A DNA stretch of 64,000 bases from an uncultured Bacteroidota bacterium (GCA_903932685.1 CAIZGX010000058.1:634-64633), one strand, 5' to 3'. Positions 38,912 through 50,193 are shown, numbered from the stretch's first letter. The notes: a model not told the origin generated them from the sequence alone. A program made the numbers and translations.

Positions 38912-39484
38912 GTGGAGCTTGTATCAACTTTTCTTCCAACCCAATACGGCGACTTTAAAATTAAGGCGTTCGATAGCGGCAATGCCGAACTTCCGAACTT
39001 GGCTTTAATACACCCCGAGTGCGATAAATCGTTACCTGTTGTTGTGCGTATTCATTCAGAATGCATGACCGGAGATGTCTTCGGATCACGCAAATGCGAT
39101 TGTGGCGATCAGCTGCACGAGGCACTAAAACAATGCGGAGAAGAAAGAGGTGTTTTAATATACTTGCGCCAGGAGGGAAGAGGAATCGGATTAGTGAATA
39201 AACTGAAGGCCTACCAACTGCAAGAGAAAGGCATGGATACCGTTGAAGCGAACGAAGCACTTGGCTTCGATGCTGATTTAAGAACGTTTGATCAAGCAGT
39301 GGAAATATTATTGGAGTTGGAAATTCGACAAGTAAAATTGTTGACGAACAATCCGCTGAAGATGGAAGCTCTTCAAGGCATAGGTTTTGTGAGCGTTGAA
39401 CGCGTTCCGTTGCACGGAGTAGAATTCGATTCGAATAAAAATTATTTGAACACGAAGCGCGAAAAAATGGGACATCAACTTTGA
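38912..39484 (+). CDS. ribA: GTP cyclohydrolase II
   Basis: VRIHSECMTGDVFGSRKCDCG, QEGRGIGL, LLTNNP, GH end. Confidence 0.96.
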   Translation: MELVSTFLPTQYGDFKIKAFDSGNAELPNLALIHPECDKSLPVVVRIHSECMTGDVFGSRKCDCGDQLHEALKQCGEERGVLIYLRQEGRGIGLVNKLKAYQLQEKGMDTVEANEALGFDADLRTFDQAVEILLELEIRQVKLLTNNPLKMEALQGIGFVSVERVPLHGVEFDSNKNYLNTKREKMGHQL

Positions 39485-39494
39485 TTCTTTCAAC

Positions 39495-41528
39495 ATGAAT
39501 AAAGGCTTATTCATTTTCTTAATTTTCTTTTGTTCCTTGGGAATGCTACATGCCCAAAATTGCGATTACACACCAACGAAGAATATTCAGAAACTATTGG
39601 ATAAGGCAGCGGATGGAAAAAAGTATTCCAGCGATGAACGTATAGTATTTCTGGAACAAGCATTAGAGCAAGACGCGGAATGTCTTCCGTGTATGCTACA
39701 ATTGGGGGAAATGAAATTCCTTCGAGCAAAACGTCAGGGCTCAGGTTTCGAGGAGACCATTCGTCTGTATGAAGAATTAAAAACGAAGTGCGAAGAGTAT
39801 CATTCGGAAATGTATTATTTCTTAGGAGCCATGCACTACGCCAATCAAGCCTATGATGAAGCCGCTGAGTCTTTCGAAAAGTTTTTGCGCTTCCCTGATG
39901 GTAATCCTTCTAAATTTAATTCCAACTACGATAAAAAATACAAAGAGGTTGAAGAGGCTTTGGTTTCAGTGAAAGCCTACAACAAGATTTTCAACGGAAA
40001 TAAAAATTACGTTTTCAAACCGAAAAAAGTAACAGGTGTTTCTACACCGAGCGATGAATACCTTCCCATGATTTCTCCCGATGGTGAAATTTTGTTCTTC
40101 ACACGTTTGCTTATCAAACAAGCCAAAGGAGATTTCACAAGTAAAGAAGTGGAAGAATTCACATGGAGCAAGCGCGTTGATATCAATGCGCAATTCGACA
40201 ACGGATTGGCGCTTCCTCCACCTTTCAACAAAGGCGGTTCATACGGTGGAGCAACGCTTTCAATCGACAACAAAGAACTCATTATTGCGAAGTCTAATCC
40301 GAACGCAAAAAACGCAAACAACATCGATTTGTTTTCAACCCGATTCGAACGCATTACCAAAGATGACGGAAGCATTGGTTATGTATGGAGTGATTGGGTG
40401 AGTTTGGGCGAAGGGGTGAATACACCTGACGGATGGGAAGCGCAGCCTTCATTGAGTGGTGACGGACAAACACTCATCTTCGCTGCCGTGCGTCCGGAAT
40501 GCATGAAAGACAATTCAGGAAATTTCAGTCACGATTTATTCATGTCGCGAAAACAATCTGACGGAACTTGGGGAAAATGCTCAGCACTTCCGACTTCGAT
40601 AAATACAAAGGGACAAGAGAAGGCGCCTTTCATTCATAGCGACAGTCACACCATTTATTTTTCGAGCGATGGGCATTTAGGAGTAGGAGGAATGGATTTC
40701 TTCTACGCGAAAATAAACGTTGACGGAACCTTCAGTGAAGTAGAAAATATTGGAGCTCCCATTAACGATGAAAATGATCAGATTGGAATTATTGTAAGCA
40801 GCGACGGTGAGTTGGCGTACTTCGGAGCCGATCGTTATTTGGGTGAAAAGAGTTACGATATTTTTCAATTCAACATGCCCGAAAAAGCAAAGCCAGAGCG
40901 TGTTGCAATTATTAAAGGGGAAGTAAAAGGCGACGATGGAACCCCTGCACAGAATGCTTCCGTAACTATTCAATACGCTCAGTCGGGTAGTGAAGAGCAA
41001 GTGAAGGTGAACAACGACGACGGTTCATACGCGGCTATTGTTCGCACGAACAAGAAAGAAGATGTGGTGTTGAAGGTGGAAGGAGAAAACATTGCGTTCA
41101 ATGCGCACGTCATTTCGAAAAAAGAAAACAGCGATCCCGCTGCAATCTTGAAGTTGAATTTAGAAACCTCTGTTGTTGCAGAGAACAAACCGTTTGTCAT
41201 TAACGACATTTATTATTCAACCAGTTCGACTTCCATCAATGAAGAATCGAAGTTGATTTTAACTCAGTTTGCAGATTATTTGAAAGAACATGCGTCTTGG
41301 ATCATTGAAATTCGCGGACATACCGATAACATTGGAGACGATAAATCGAATGAAGCACTATCTTTAGGAAGAGCAAATCAAGTCAAAGACTTTTTGGTTT
41401 CGAATGGTGTGAAGGTCGAGCAGTTATCTGCAAAGGGATTCGGGAAAGCGAAGCCTGTTGCATCGAACGACACGGAGTCGGGTAGAGCGAAAAACAGAAG
41501 AACAGAATTTGTAATTAAAAAACTCTAG
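39495..41528 (+). CDS. TPR-PD40-OmpA family protein (PorE-like)
   Basis: Signal peptide, TPRs, QPSLSGDG / IYFSSDGH repeats, OmpA IRGHTD...NRRTEF. Confidence 0.92.
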   Translation: MNKGLFIFLIFFCSLGMLHAQNCDYTPTKNIQKLLDKAADGKKYSSDERIVFLEQALEQDAECLPCMLQLGEMKFLRAKRQGSGFEETIRLYEELKTKCEEYHSEMYYFLGAMHYANQAYDEAAESFEKFLRFPDGNPSKFNSNYDKKYKEVEEALVSVKAYNKIFNGNKNYVFKPKKVTGVSTPSDEYLPMISPDGEILFFTRLLIKQAKGDFTSKEVEEFTWSKRVDINAQFDNGLALPPPFNKGGSYGGATLSIDNKELIIAKSNPNAKNANNIDLFSTRFERITKDDGSIGYVWSDWVSLGEGVNTPDGWEAQPSLSGDGQTLIFAAVRPECMKDNSGNFSHDLFMSRKQSDGTWGKCSALPTSINTKGQEKAPFIHSDSHTIYFSSDGHLGVGGMDFFYAKINVDGTFSEVENIGAPINDENDQIGIIVSSDGELAYFGADRYLGEKSYDIFQFNMPEKAKPERVAIIKGEVKGDDGTPAQNASVTIQYAQSGSEEQVKVNNDDGSYAAIVRTNKKEDVVLKVEGENIAFNAHVISKKENSDPAAILKLNLETSVVAENKPFVINDIYYSTSSTSINEESKLILTQFADYLKEHASWIIEIRGHTDNIGDDKSNEALSLGRANQVKDFLVSNGVKVEQLSAKGFGKAKPVASNDTESGRAKNRRTEFVIKKL

Positions 41529-41529
41529 C

Positions 41530-42201
41530 ATGCGAATAGATATTCTTACCATTCTGCCTCGCTTGCTCGACGGGCCTTTTGCAGATTCAATCTTGAATCG
41601 CGCGCAGAAGAACGGCCTGTGTGAAATTCACATCCACAACATTCGTGATTACTCAACAGATAAGCACAAGAGTGTAGACGATTATCAGTTTGGCGGTGGA
41701 GCGGGCATGGTGATGCTTATTCAACCCATTGCAGATTGCATAGATAAGTTAAAGGCCGAGCGCGAATACGACGAGATTATTTATTTGACTCCGGATGGAG
41801 ATAGACTAAACCAAAGCATGTGCAACACCTTCTCGTTGGGAAAGAATTTGCTCATGATTTGCGGACATTACAAAGGCATTGATCAGCGTTTACGCGACCA
41901 CTATGTGACGCGCGAAATTTCAATTGGAGATTATGTATTGAGTGGAGGAGAATTAGCTGCTGCTGTTTTGGTAGATGCGATCGTGCGATTAATCCCTGGC
42001 GTGATGAACGATGAAACAAGTGCGTTGACCGATTCGTTTCAAGATAATTTATTGGCTCCTCCCGTATACACGAGACCTGCAGAGTATAACGGTTGGAAGG
42101 TTCCAGATGTTTTGACTTCAGGAAATTTCAAAGTCATTGAAGAGTGGCGCATGCAACAAGCTTTTGAAAAAACGAAAACGCGAAGACCCGACTTGCTATG
42201 A
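41530..42201 (+). CDS. trmD: tRNA (guanine37-N1)-methyltransferase
   Basis: [37 protein letters not shown]. Confidence 0.97.
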   Translation: MRIDILTILPRLLDGPFADSILNRAQKNGLCEIHIHNIRDYSTDKHKSVDDYQFGGGAGMVMLIQPIADCIDKLKAEREYDEIIYLTPDGDRLNQSMCNTFSLGKNLLMICGHYKGIDQRLRDHYVTREISIGDYVLSGGELAAAVLVDAIVRLIPGVMNDETSALTDSFQDNLLAPPVYTRPAEYNGWKVPDVLTSGNFKVIEEWRMQQAFEKTKTRRPDLL

Positions 42202-43463
42202 GCACGCCACTTGCGGAAAGAATGCGTCCGAAGACATTCGATGAATACGTTGGACAATCGCATTTGATTGGCAAGGGCGCTGTGTTGCGCAGTATTATTG
42301 AAAGCGGACATATACCAAGCATGATTTTCTGGGGCCCTCCGGGTGTTGGGAAAACAACGTTAGCAAATATCATTGCGCAAACACAACAACGTCCTTTCTT
42401 TTCGCTTTCTGCCATCAATAGCGGAGTGAAAGAAATTCGTGAAGTGTTAGATCAAGCCGGAAAGGGCGGACTGTTTCAGAAGAGTGCTATTTTATTCATC
42501 GACGAGATTCATCGCTTTTCAAAGAGCCAGCAAGATTCATTACTCGGTGCGGTTGAGAAGGGAGTTGTAACTCTTATTGGCGCGACAACAGAAAACCCTT
42601 CATTCGAAGTGAACGGCGCCTTGTTGTCGCGCTCGCAGGTATACACCCTGAATGCGCTCACCAAAGATGAACTCAATCAGTTATTGGAAGACGTCATTGT
42701 TCGCGATGAAGCGCTTCGCGCTAGGAATATTCAATTAGAGGAAACGCAATCCTTATTGAAATACAGCGGCGGCGATGCCCGCCGATTGCTAAATGTACTT
42801 GAGTTAGTTGTTGAATCCATTTCAGAGACGCCTTGCGTCATTAAAAACGAATCAGTAGAGAACGTCATTCAAACAAATGCTGCACGTTACGACAAGACCG
42901 GTGAAATGCATTACGATGTCATCTCAGCGTTTATTAAAAGCGTTCGCGGAAGTCATGCGCAAGCAGCAACATATTATCTAGCGCGCATGATTAAAGGCGG
43001 AGAAGACCCGCTATTTATAGCGCGAAGATTGGTCATATTGGCTTCAGAAGACATTGGATTAGCGAATCCGAATGCGCTATTGATTTCGGAAGCAACCTTT
43101 CGCGCTGTTCAAAATATAGGCTGGCCTGAAGCGCGCATTCCACTAAGTATGTGCACAGTGTATTTGGCAACCAGCGCGAAAAGCAATTCTGTCTATACCG
43201 CCATTGACGCCGCTTTGGCGTTGGTGGAACAAACGGGAGATTTGCCTGTGCCTATGCATCTTCGCAATGCTCCAACGAAATTAATGAAGGAGTTGGGATA
43301 CGGAAAGAACTACGAATACGCGCATGCGCACGAAGGGAATTTTGTTCGTCAAGAATTTCTTCCAGAAGAAATTGCATCGTCAGAATTCTACACGCCAGGA
43401 AACAATCCGAAGGAAGCGGCTATTCTAAAATGGCTTCAAGAACGTTGGGGAACGAATGAATAA
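42198..43463 (+). CDS. rarA: Replication-associated recombination protein A
   Basis: [51 protein letters not shown]. Confidence 0.96.
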   Translation: MSTPLAERMRPKTFDEYVGQSHLIGKGAVLRSIIESGHIPSMIFWGPPGVGKTTLANIIAQTQQRPFFSLSAINSGVKEIREVLDQAGKGGLFQKSAILFIDEIHRFSKSQQDSLLGAVEKGVVTLIGATTENPSFEVNGALLSRSQVYTLNALTKDELNQLLEDVIVRDEALRARNIQLEETQSLLKYSGGDARRLLNVLELVVESISETPCVIKNESVENVIQTNAARYDKTGEMHYDVISAFIKSVRGSHAQAATYYLARMIKGGEDPLFIARRLVILASEDIGLANPNALLISEATFRAVQNIGWPEARIPLSMCTVYLATSAKSNSVYTAIDAALALVEQTGDLPVPMHLRNAPTKLMKELGYGKNYEYAHAHEGNFVRQEFLPEEIASSEFYTPGNNPKEAAILKWLQERWGTNE

Positions 43464-44532
43464 TAACACGACACGAAACTTTGGACTCGATTTATTTCGA
43501 GCGTTGGCCATTGTGTTGGTTGTGTTGTCTCACGGAAAATTTTTGTTGAATGGAACGGTTCTAGAGAATTTTCCGTTCGTGAAAATGCTCGACGGCGTTG
43601 ATTTGTTTTTCGTGTTAAGCGGATTTTTAATTGGCGGAATTTTATTGAAGTCCTCTTCTGAAGGATTGAATTGGCGAGGCATTGCGCACTTTTGGAAGAG
43701 AAGATGGTTGCGCACTTTGCCGAATTATTATTTGATCTTGTTCTTGAATTTCATTTTCATTTCTTGTGGAATTATTTCCGGAGACTTAACTGTTTTCGGT
43801 TGGAAGTTTATTGTATTCCTTCAAAATTTCACAAAGCCGCTCATTGGATTTTTCTGGGAGTCGTGGAGCTTGGCAGTTGAGGAGTGGTTCTACATTTTTA
43901 CTCCAGTTATGCTTTGGGGACTACTGAAAGTGTTTCGATTGAAATGGGCTTATCTCATTGCAACGCTTGTAATGATTGCTGTTCCCTTGATCTATCGCGC
44001 TTATTCCTTTGATTCGAAGCTCGACGATTTCTGGTTCGATGTGCAGGTCCGAAAGATTGTGGTCTTTCGACTCGATGCTATTGCATTCGGATTGTTGCTC
44101 GCCTGGATTTGTTCTTTCCATAAAGATCTTTGGGACAAGTGGAAAAACGTAGGGCTTGTTTTGGGTTTGGCAATAGTTTTATTCTTGTTGAATAACAGCG
44201 CTTCCAACGCAACTTTTTATCGTCAAGTATTTTATTTCAGCATAACACCTTTCGCTATAGCACTTATCCTTCCTTGGTTTGAAGGGATTACTTCTTCATG
44301 GAAGCGCTTGGTAAGTGCCGTGACGCACATCAGTAAGATTTCGTATTCGATGTATTTAATTAACCTTGCGCTCGTTGCCCAAGTCATCGGATTGAATTTT
44401 CCTGTTCAAGGAAATGCAGATGGGATAATGAAGTACGTTGCCTATTGGTTTATTGTGATTACAGTCTCTTCGGCGCTTTACTACTTTGTGGAAAGACCGA
44501 TTCTTCGGTGGAGAGATGACGCTTCGCGATGA
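43456..44532 (+). CDS. Acyltransferase family 3 (OafA-like) membrane protein
   Basis: GLDLFRALA, GVDLFFVLSGFLI, WSLAVEEWFY, SYSMYL, VERP; the stop codon lies inside a hairpin array. Confidence 0.92.
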   Translation: MNNNTTRNFGLDLFRALAIVLVVLSHGKFLLNGTVLENFPFVKMLDGVDLFFVLSGFLIGGILLKSSSEGLNWRGIAHFWKRRWLRTLPNYYLILFLNFIFISCGIISGDLTVFGWKFIVFLQNFTKPLIGFFWESWSLAVEEWFYIFTPVMLWGLLKVFRLKWAYLIATLVMIAVPLIYRAYSFDSKLDDFWFDVQVRKIVVFRLDAIAFGLLLAWICSFHKDLWDKWKNVGLVLGLAIVLFLLNNSASNATFYRQVFYFSITPFAIALILPWFEGITSSWKRLVSAVTHISKISYSMYLINLALVAQVIGLNFPVQGNADGIMKYVAYWFIVITVSSALYYFVERPILRWRDDASR

Positions 44533-44630
44533 CGCAACGCGTTGCGATGACACAACACGACGTGATGACAATCTGCGATTGATGACCACTTCGTGGATGA
44601 CGGCGAAGCCGATGACCGCGCAGCGGATTA
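44516..44630. repeat. TCAT-linked mini-hairpin array (ATGA orientation), 7 units
   Basis: atga CGCttcGCG atga CGCAACgcGTTGCG atga CACaacacgacGTG atga CAATCtgcGATTG atga CCACttcGTGG atga CGGCgaaGCCG atga CCGCgcaGCGG atta. Confidence 0.93.
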
Positions 44631-45647
44631 ATGAATGTGGTTTGCGATGTTACGTGCGATGGAAGGACCTTCGTAGATGAAGCCCGTGTATACTTGAACA
44701 AGGGAAGCACCTGCATCTATTTTTTCTTGCGCATTTTGTGAAGTGTGAATTCCTCCAACGCCAATGATTGGAAATGCGCCGTTCGATTTTGAATGCAAAT
44801 AGCGAATCACATCGGTTGAACGCGCACGCACAGGAGCTCCGCTCAATCCGCCCATTCCAATGCTTTGAATGGTTTGTGTACTCGTTTGCAAATTCTCTCT
44901 TGAAATGGTTGTGTTCGTTGCAATGACTCCCGCAATTTTTGTTTGAAGAACAATTTCAACAATGTCATTCAATTGATCGTCTGTTAAATCCGGAGCAATT
45001 TTTAAAAAGATTGGACGCGGTTTTGGGAAGGTGTTATTTGTTTCAGCAAGAGCAGAAAGAATTTTCATTAATGGCTCTTTCTCTTGCAACTCGCGTAAAC
45101 CCGGTGTATTCGGAGAGCTTACATTCACCACGAAATAATCTACACAATCGTGAAGGGCATTCAAACAAATTAAATAATCACTCAACGCATCTTCATTCGG
45201 AGTGATTTTATTCTTTCCGATATTTCCTCCAACAATAATATTTGATTTTCGTTTTCTCAAGCGTACTGCAGCGTCTTCAACCCCACCGTTATTAAATCCC
45301 ATGCGATTAATCAACCCATTATCTAACGGAAGTCTGAATAATCGTGGTTTGTCATTTCCAGGTTGTGCCTTCGGAGTAAGCGTTCCGATTTCCACATGTC
45401 CGAATCCTAACAATGCCAACTCATCTATCCAACGCGCATCCTTATCAAACCCAGCAGCCAATCCCACCTTATTGGGAAATTCAATTCCTGCTACAACAAT
45501 CTTGTTTTCTTTCGCTTTGAAAATTGATTTTAAAATCATTTTTCCTCCAGGCATTCTTGAAGAAAATTTCAATAAATCCATGGCCAAGTAATGCGCCTTC
45601 TCCGGAGAAAAAAGAAAAAAGAAAGGTTTAATCAGAAGCTTATACAT
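44628..45647 (-). CDS. pyrD: Quinone-dependent dihydroorotate dehydrogenase
   Basis: [36 protein letters not shown]; start MYKLL just after a TATTTTTG box. Confidence 0.96.
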   Translation of the reverse strand: MYKLLIKPFFFLFSPEKAHYLAMDLLKFSSRMPGGKMILKSIFKAKENKIVVAGIEFPNKVGLAAGFDKDARWIDELALLGFGHVEIGTLTPKAQPGNDKPRLFRLPLDNGLINRMGFNNGGVEDAAVRLRKRKSNIIVGGNIGKNKITPNEDALSDYLICLNALHDCVDYFVVNVSSPNTPGLRELQEKEPLMKILSALAETNNTFPKPRPIFLKIAPDLTDDQLNDIVEIVLQTKIAGVIATNTTISRENLQTSTQTIQSIGMGGLSGAPVRARSTDVIRYLHSKSNGAFPIIGVGGIHTSQNAQEKIDAGASLVQVYTGFIYEGPSIARNIANHIH

Positions 45648-45670
45648 GCTGCAAAAATACAGCATCTCAT

Positions 45671-45891
45671 CCATCAATCGTAGATTGTCATCACCTTCGG
45701 TGTCATCCGCTCCGCGGTCATCGGCTTCGCCGTCATCAATCGCAGATTGTCATCACCTTCGGTGTCATCCGCTCCGCGGTCATCGGCTTCGCCGTCATCA
45801 ATCGCAGATTGTCATCACCTTCGGTGTCATCGCAACGCGTTGCGTCATCGCGAAGCGTCATCCGCTCCGCGGTCATCCACGAAGTGGTAAT
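45671..45891. repeat. TCAT-linked mini-hairpin array, 14 units, including a 62-bp four-unit block repeated about 2.5 times
   Basis: (CAATCgyaGATTG, CACCttcGGTG, CCGCtccGCGG, CGGCttcGCCG) x2, CAATCgcaGATTG, CACCttcGGTG, CGCAACgcGTTGCG, CGCgaaGCG, CCGCtccGCGG, CCACgaaGTGG, all joined by TCAT and ending in TAAT. Confidence 0.95.
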
Positions 45892-45995
45892 GGTGAATAA
45901 CTCTGTTGATATGTGTGAATTTCACTTTCGTCGCAAGGCTTCGTATGCCGTTTATTTTTGATAAAATCGAAAGGTTAACAAAATAGTAAAGGCAT

Positions 45996-46547
45996 ATGAT
46001 TACATTTTTTGGAAAAAAGAAAATCTCAGCAGAACGCGCAGCAACGCTGTTCGTGAATACACTGTTGGATTCAGTGGAAGGTGGTTTTTCGGAAGTTGCT
46101 GGATTTATCCGCGATACGCCTGAGCTAGTTAGTACTCCGAAAATTAGTGATGAGGAATACGGTAAATTCTTAATGATTGCCATTGTAGGAAACTTCAATT
46201 ACTTAAATGAGCATTTCCGCGATGGTGAAGGCGATTTAATTGTTCAGCATTGTATAGATCAGTTCGCACCTGTTTTCGATTTGTCTCCAATTGCCTTCCA
46301 AGCCAAATTGAACGACTACAAGAAGTTCATGGCTCATGTTAATTTCCCTTCGAAGAATATTTTGTACAGCATGTCTAAGGCTGTATTCTTCAAATATGAA
46401 TTGAATCAATACCAAGACGAGTATTTCAGAAGCATGAATACGCCGAATCCAATTTTCTTGAAGAGCTTGGATGAAGTGATGCGTAATTTCATTTGGGACT
46501 GGGAAGCATTCTGCGACAAATACAAGGTTCAGTTAGGCGGAGCCTAA
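45996..46547 (+). CDS. Hypothetical protein
   Basis: 183-aa ATG ORF with normal composition filling the gap between two arrays; no motif recognised. Confidence 0.8.
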   Translation: MITFFGKKKISAERAATLFVNTLLDSVEGGFSEVAGFIRDTPELVSTPKISDEEYGKFLMIAIVGNFNYLNEHFRDGEGDLIVQHCIDQFAPVFDLSPIAFQAKLNDYKKFMAHVNFPSKNILYSMSKAVFFKYELNQYQDEYFRSMNTPNPIFLKSLDEVMRNFIWDWEAFCDKYKVQLGGA

Positions 46548-46655
46548 CACGCGTGGCGATGACAATCTTCGATTGATGACGGCAAGGCCGATGACACAAC
46601 ACGTTGTGATGACACTTTCAGTGATGACCTCTTCGCGTATGACACTTCGTGATTA
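46548..46655. repeat. TCAT-linked mini-hairpin array (ATGA orientation), 6 units plus a decayed unit
   Basis: cacgcgtggcg atga CAATCttcGATTG atga CGGCaagGCCG atga CACAACacGTTGTG atga CACTttcAGTG atga cctcttcgcgt atga CACttcGTG atta. Confidence 0.9.
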
Positions 46656-46656
46656 A

Positions 46657-48147
46657 TTAATTTTGAATGAAGTATTCTAAGACGGTATCTTTTCCAGATT
46701 TCAAATCTTCTAAACTTTGTTCCAAAGGAATGTTTGGAAGTATGGGCGTTCGCGAATAACTGAACGTGTTTTTATAGTTGTATCGAATGGTCGGAACCGA
46801 ATAGGAAATTCCAGATTCTGAAAGTTGAACGGTGGTGGCGTTACCCCAGGTGCCGTTGGTAGTGGCGTTGCAAGGAGTTCCAATAAGTATTGCTCGATGA
46901 TTGCTTTGAAGCAATTGCGCGAAATCGCAAGCCGCAGAGACTGTATTTCCATTCATAAAAACGGCCATCTTTCCTGTGTAGACATGTTCTTTGCGCTGAC
47001 GCTGAGGGATACTGAAAAATGCGGTGTCTGATTCTTCCAAGGGCGTTTGACTCAACAAGTAGTATTGGTACATATCTTCACTCCGCTTGAATCGTTTCTC
47101 TGTGAATTCTGGGAAATGTTTCATTCTGAAATTTGAAACAATCTGATACGAATAGTCACTCGCTTTCCAGATAATATTACTCGGTGTGTTCAGTCCGGAT
47201 GGAGTTAAAAAGGAGCAGAGGTATTCAACCATTGAACTAGATCCGCCGGGGTTGTCACGAACGTCAATAGCAATATGAAGGATACCTAACTCTCTCGCCG
47301 CTTGAAAGAACTTTCTGATTTTCTTGACGTCGTTTTGAAAAGGTCGTGAAGAAAAGGAGCGAACGGTTAAAACAGCTTTGTCTTCATTCAAATAAAAAGT
47401 AGCTTCAATGTTTTTTTTATTTGGTTTGAAATGTTCGCGTCTAATTTTTTGAAGTTGCTTTATATCTACCAATTGCACTTCAACGCTGTCTATTTTATTG
47501 TCAACGCGGAAAACAATAGTCTCAACATCCCAATCGTTTTGCAAAGGATTTGCAAAAAAATGTGCTGGCGTGTAATAATAGGCTGCGGCTTCGTCGCTGG
47601 CATTCATAGCATTTCCCTCGTCGACGCTCCATTCTTTCGCAAGCTTGTGCAATTCAGTCATGGAAAGTTTTCCAACAGAAAGTATTTCACTTCCAAAAGG
47701 AGGACCACCAATTTGAGTTTCTTCAACATAAAATTTTCCGTCAATGGGTTGAATGAACAAAGGCAAAAAGCCAGAGTCGTATCCACATGATTCGAACAAC
47801 AGGCGATACACGTGTGTCTGCAAATGCGAGTCTTCAACAACACGAATAAATCGATTTAAATTTTGAGCATGTTGAATCATTGTTCTGTCTTCAGAATAAT
47901 AGTTAAAAGCTTTTTTGTACGCTTCGCCAAATGCCTCCTTGCCGCAATAGGCATATGGATCTGGATGAACAGTAAGAAGTTTTTCTTCAAGCTCAATCAG
48001 ATCGTCAATTAAATGGTCAGCGCAAATGCGTTCAATACTTCGTTCGCAGCGATAATACGCTTTTGAATTCGGATCGAAGCACGTGTCGGATTGAGCAGAT
48101 ACTTGAATAGCTGCCAAAGTAAAAAGTAACAAAAGAAGTATACGCAC
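46657..48147 (-). CDS. S41 family peptidase
   Basis: Signal peptide; HPDPY, DSH, IDVRDNPGG, TVSAA, IGTP, ILPNI motifs. Confidence 0.85.
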   Translation of the reverse strand: MRILLLLLFTLAAIQVSAQSDTCFDPNSKAYYRCERSIERICADHLIDDLIELEEKLLTVHPDPYAYCGKEAFGEAYKKAFNYYSEDRTMIQHAQNLNRFIRVVEDSHLQTHVYRLLFESCGYDSGFLPLFIQPIDGKFYVEETQIGGPPFGSEILSVGKLSMTELHKLAKEWSVDEGNAMNASDEAAAYYYTPAHFFANPLQNDWDVETIVFRVDNKIDSVEVQLVDIKQLQKIRREHFKPNKKNIEATFYLNEDKAVLTVRSFSSRPFQNDVKKIRKFFQAARELGILHIAIDVRDNPGGSSSMVEYLCSFLTPSGLNTPSNIIWKASDYSYQIVSNFRMKHFPEFTEKRFKRSEDMYQYYLLSQTPLEESDTAFFSIPQRQRKEHVYTGKMAVFMNGNTVSAACDFAQLLQSNHRAILIGTPCNATTNGTWGNATTVQLSESGISYSVPTIRYNYKNTFSYSRTPILPNIPLEQSLEDLKSGKDTVLEYFIQN

Positions 48148-50193
48148 TTATTCGTCGTTGCGTTTTTTAACCATGGTTAAGATCGTCGCTAACGCCACAG
48201 TCTCTCCAGTTTCGTCGTAAACGTCAACCAAGAACTTCACAATTCCTTTTGGAATATCGTCTTCGCTTCGTTTCTCTTGCGCAATTTTTTCCTTCACGGT
48301 AAAGCGAACGGCAATGGTCATTCCCGGATATACGGGTTTTGTAAAGCGCGCTTCGTCTATTCCATAATTCAACAAGACTGGACCTTTCTTCGGGTCAACG
48401 AACAATCCTGCAGCTTTCGATAAAACGAAATATCCGTGAGCCACGCGGCGCTCGAAGATGGTTCCTTCCAAAGAGGTAGCGTCCATGTGCGCGTAGAAAT
48501 TATCTCCACTCACATTCGCGAAGTTCACAATGTCGGCTTCAGATACAGTGTGCTTGTGTGTGAAGACAGTGTCTCCAACAACAAGGTCTTCGAAATGCTG
48601 ACGGAACAAGTGGGGTTGTGCTTCGGCTTGTTCGCCGCCTTGCTGATAAACACCAGTAATGGCAGTCAACATAGTTGGCGATCCTTGAATAGCCGTGCGT
48701 TGCAAGTAATGCATAACACCGCGCTTTCCACCCATCTCTTCTCCACCTCCGGCACGACCCGGTCCGCCGTGAACAAGCATAGGCATTGGGCTTCCGTGAC
48801 CGGTGCTTTCTTTCGCGCTAGCTCTGTTCAATACTAAAATTCTTCCGTGATGCGTTGCTGCATTCAAAACGAAATCGCGAGCAATGGCTGTGTCGTTCGT
48901 GGTAATGCTACACACCAAACTTCCTTTTCCTAATTTCGAAATAGCAACAGCCTCTTCAGTTGTTGAATAAGGCATAAGGGTAGCGATAGGGCCGAAGGCT
49001 TCCACGCTGTGCGAGCTTAATCTTTCGAAAGGTTTGTCGTTGAGCAATAGCGTTGGCGACATGAAGGCTCCCTTCGTGCCATCCGCTTCAATAAGATTTA
49101 TGGTATCGTTTCCGAATACAACTTCACTTTCTTTTTTCAATTCGTTCAAGGCAGCAACAACGTCTTCGCGCTGAGCCATTCCAGCTAAAGATCCCATGCG
49201 AACTTTTTCGTTGCGCGGATCTCCAATAGAGGTTTGTCCAAGTGCTTTCACAAGCGCTTCTTGAACGTCTGACAAGTATTTTTCAGGAACTAAAATTCTT
49301 CTTACTGCGGTACATTTTTGTCCGCACTTCACTGTAATTTCTTTGCGAACTTCCTTCACGAATAAATCGAATTCTTCGGTGCCAGGCGCTGCGTCGAGTC
49401 CGAGTATAGCGGCGTTCAGCGAGTCGGCTTCCATGGTGAAGGGTATGGATTGGTCTACCAATCGGGGATGTGACTTCAACATTTTTCCGGTTGAAGCAGA
49501 GCCGGTGAAGGTTACCACGTCTTGCATTTCCAAATGATCGAAAATACCGTTGGCACTTCCGCAAATCAATTGCAAGGCGCCTTCCGGAAGAATTCCTGAA
49601 GCGTGAATATCGCGAACAACCACTTCTGTTACATACGAGGTCAATGTTGCAGGCTTCACCACAGCAGGAACACCCGCTAATAGGTTCACCGCAATCTTTT
49701 CCAACATTCCCCATACCGGGAAATTGAATGCGTTAATATGAAGCGCAACACCTTCCTTCGGAACCATAATGTGGTGACCAATGAAGGTTCCTTCTTTCGA
49801 AAGTTTGGCCAATTCTCCGTCAACATAAAACGAAGAATTTGGGAACTGCTTACGCAAAGAGGCGTAAGCAAAGAGGTTTCCGATTCCACCGTCAATGTCA
49901 ATCCAAGAGTCAATCTTAGTAGCCCCCGTCTTCACGCTCACAGCGTAATACGCGGCTTTGCGCTCGGTTAAATAGAGGGCCAATGCCTTCAACATTCTAC
50001 CGCGTTCTTGGAAGGTCATCTTGCGAAGTGCTGGACCGCCTGTCTCGCGACCGTAGTTCAGCATAGCGCCGAAATCCAATCCGGAACTGTCAGCTACCGC
50101 TACCAATTCTCCATTTACTGCATCGAAAAGTTCGGTTCCTTTTCCGCTGCCGGAAATCCATTGCCCAAGGGCGAAATTTTGAAGTTGTTGCAT
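48148..50193 (-). CDS. paaZ: Bifunctional oxepin-CoA hydrolase / aldehyde dehydrogenase PaaZ
   Basis: HINAFNFPVWGMLEK, FTGSA, EADSLN, GQKCTA, HGGPGRAGGGEE plus C-terminal MaoC domain (SGDNFYAH, VAHGYF). Confidence 0.95.
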   Translation of the reverse strand: MQQLQNFALGQWISGSGKGTELFDAVNGELVAVADSSGLDFGAMLNYGRETGGPALRKMTFQERGRMLKALALYLTERKAAYYAVSVKTGATKIDSWIDIDGGIGNLFAYASLRKQFPNSSFYVDGELAKLSKEGTFIGHHIMVPKEGVALHINAFNFPVWGMLEKIAVNLLAGVPAVVKPATLTSYVTEVVVRDIHASGILPEGALQLICGSANGIFDHLEMQDVVTFTGSASTGKMLKSHPRLVDQSIPFTMEADSLNAAILGLDAAPGTEEFDLFVKEVRKEITVKCGQKCTAVRRILVPEKYLSDVQEALVKALGQTSIGDPRNEKVRMGSLAGMAQREDVVAALNELKKESEVVFGNDTINLIEADGTKGAFMSPTLLLNDKPFERLSSHSVEAFGPIATLMPYSTTEEAVAISKLGKGSLVCSITTNDTAIARDFVLNAATHHGRILVLNRASAKESTGHGSPMPMLVHGGPGRAGGGEEMGGKRGVMHYLQRTAIQGSPTMLTAITGVYQQGGEQAEAQPHLFRQHFEDLVVGDTVFTHKHTVSEADIVNFANVSGDNFYAHMDATSLEGTIFERRVAHGYFVLSKAAGLFVDPKKGPVLLNYGIDEARFTKPVYPGMTIAVRFTVKEKIAQEKRSEDDIPKGIVKFLVDVYDETGETVALATILTMVKKRNDE

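Noticed and set aside
45671..45891. Hairpin arrays as CRISPR arrays
   Set aside because: The constant part is only 4-6 bp; the variable parts are 9-14 bp palindromes reused within and between arrays rather than unique spacers; no cas genes in the window.
45646..45900. Short ORFs across the arrays (also 21503-21709, 44486-44680, 58060-58311, 58062-58247, 19691-19975)
   Set aside because: Their Ser/Arg/His-rich translations are by-products of the repeat; unit lengths are mostly not multiples of three, and most of these ORFs overlap real genes or their promoters.
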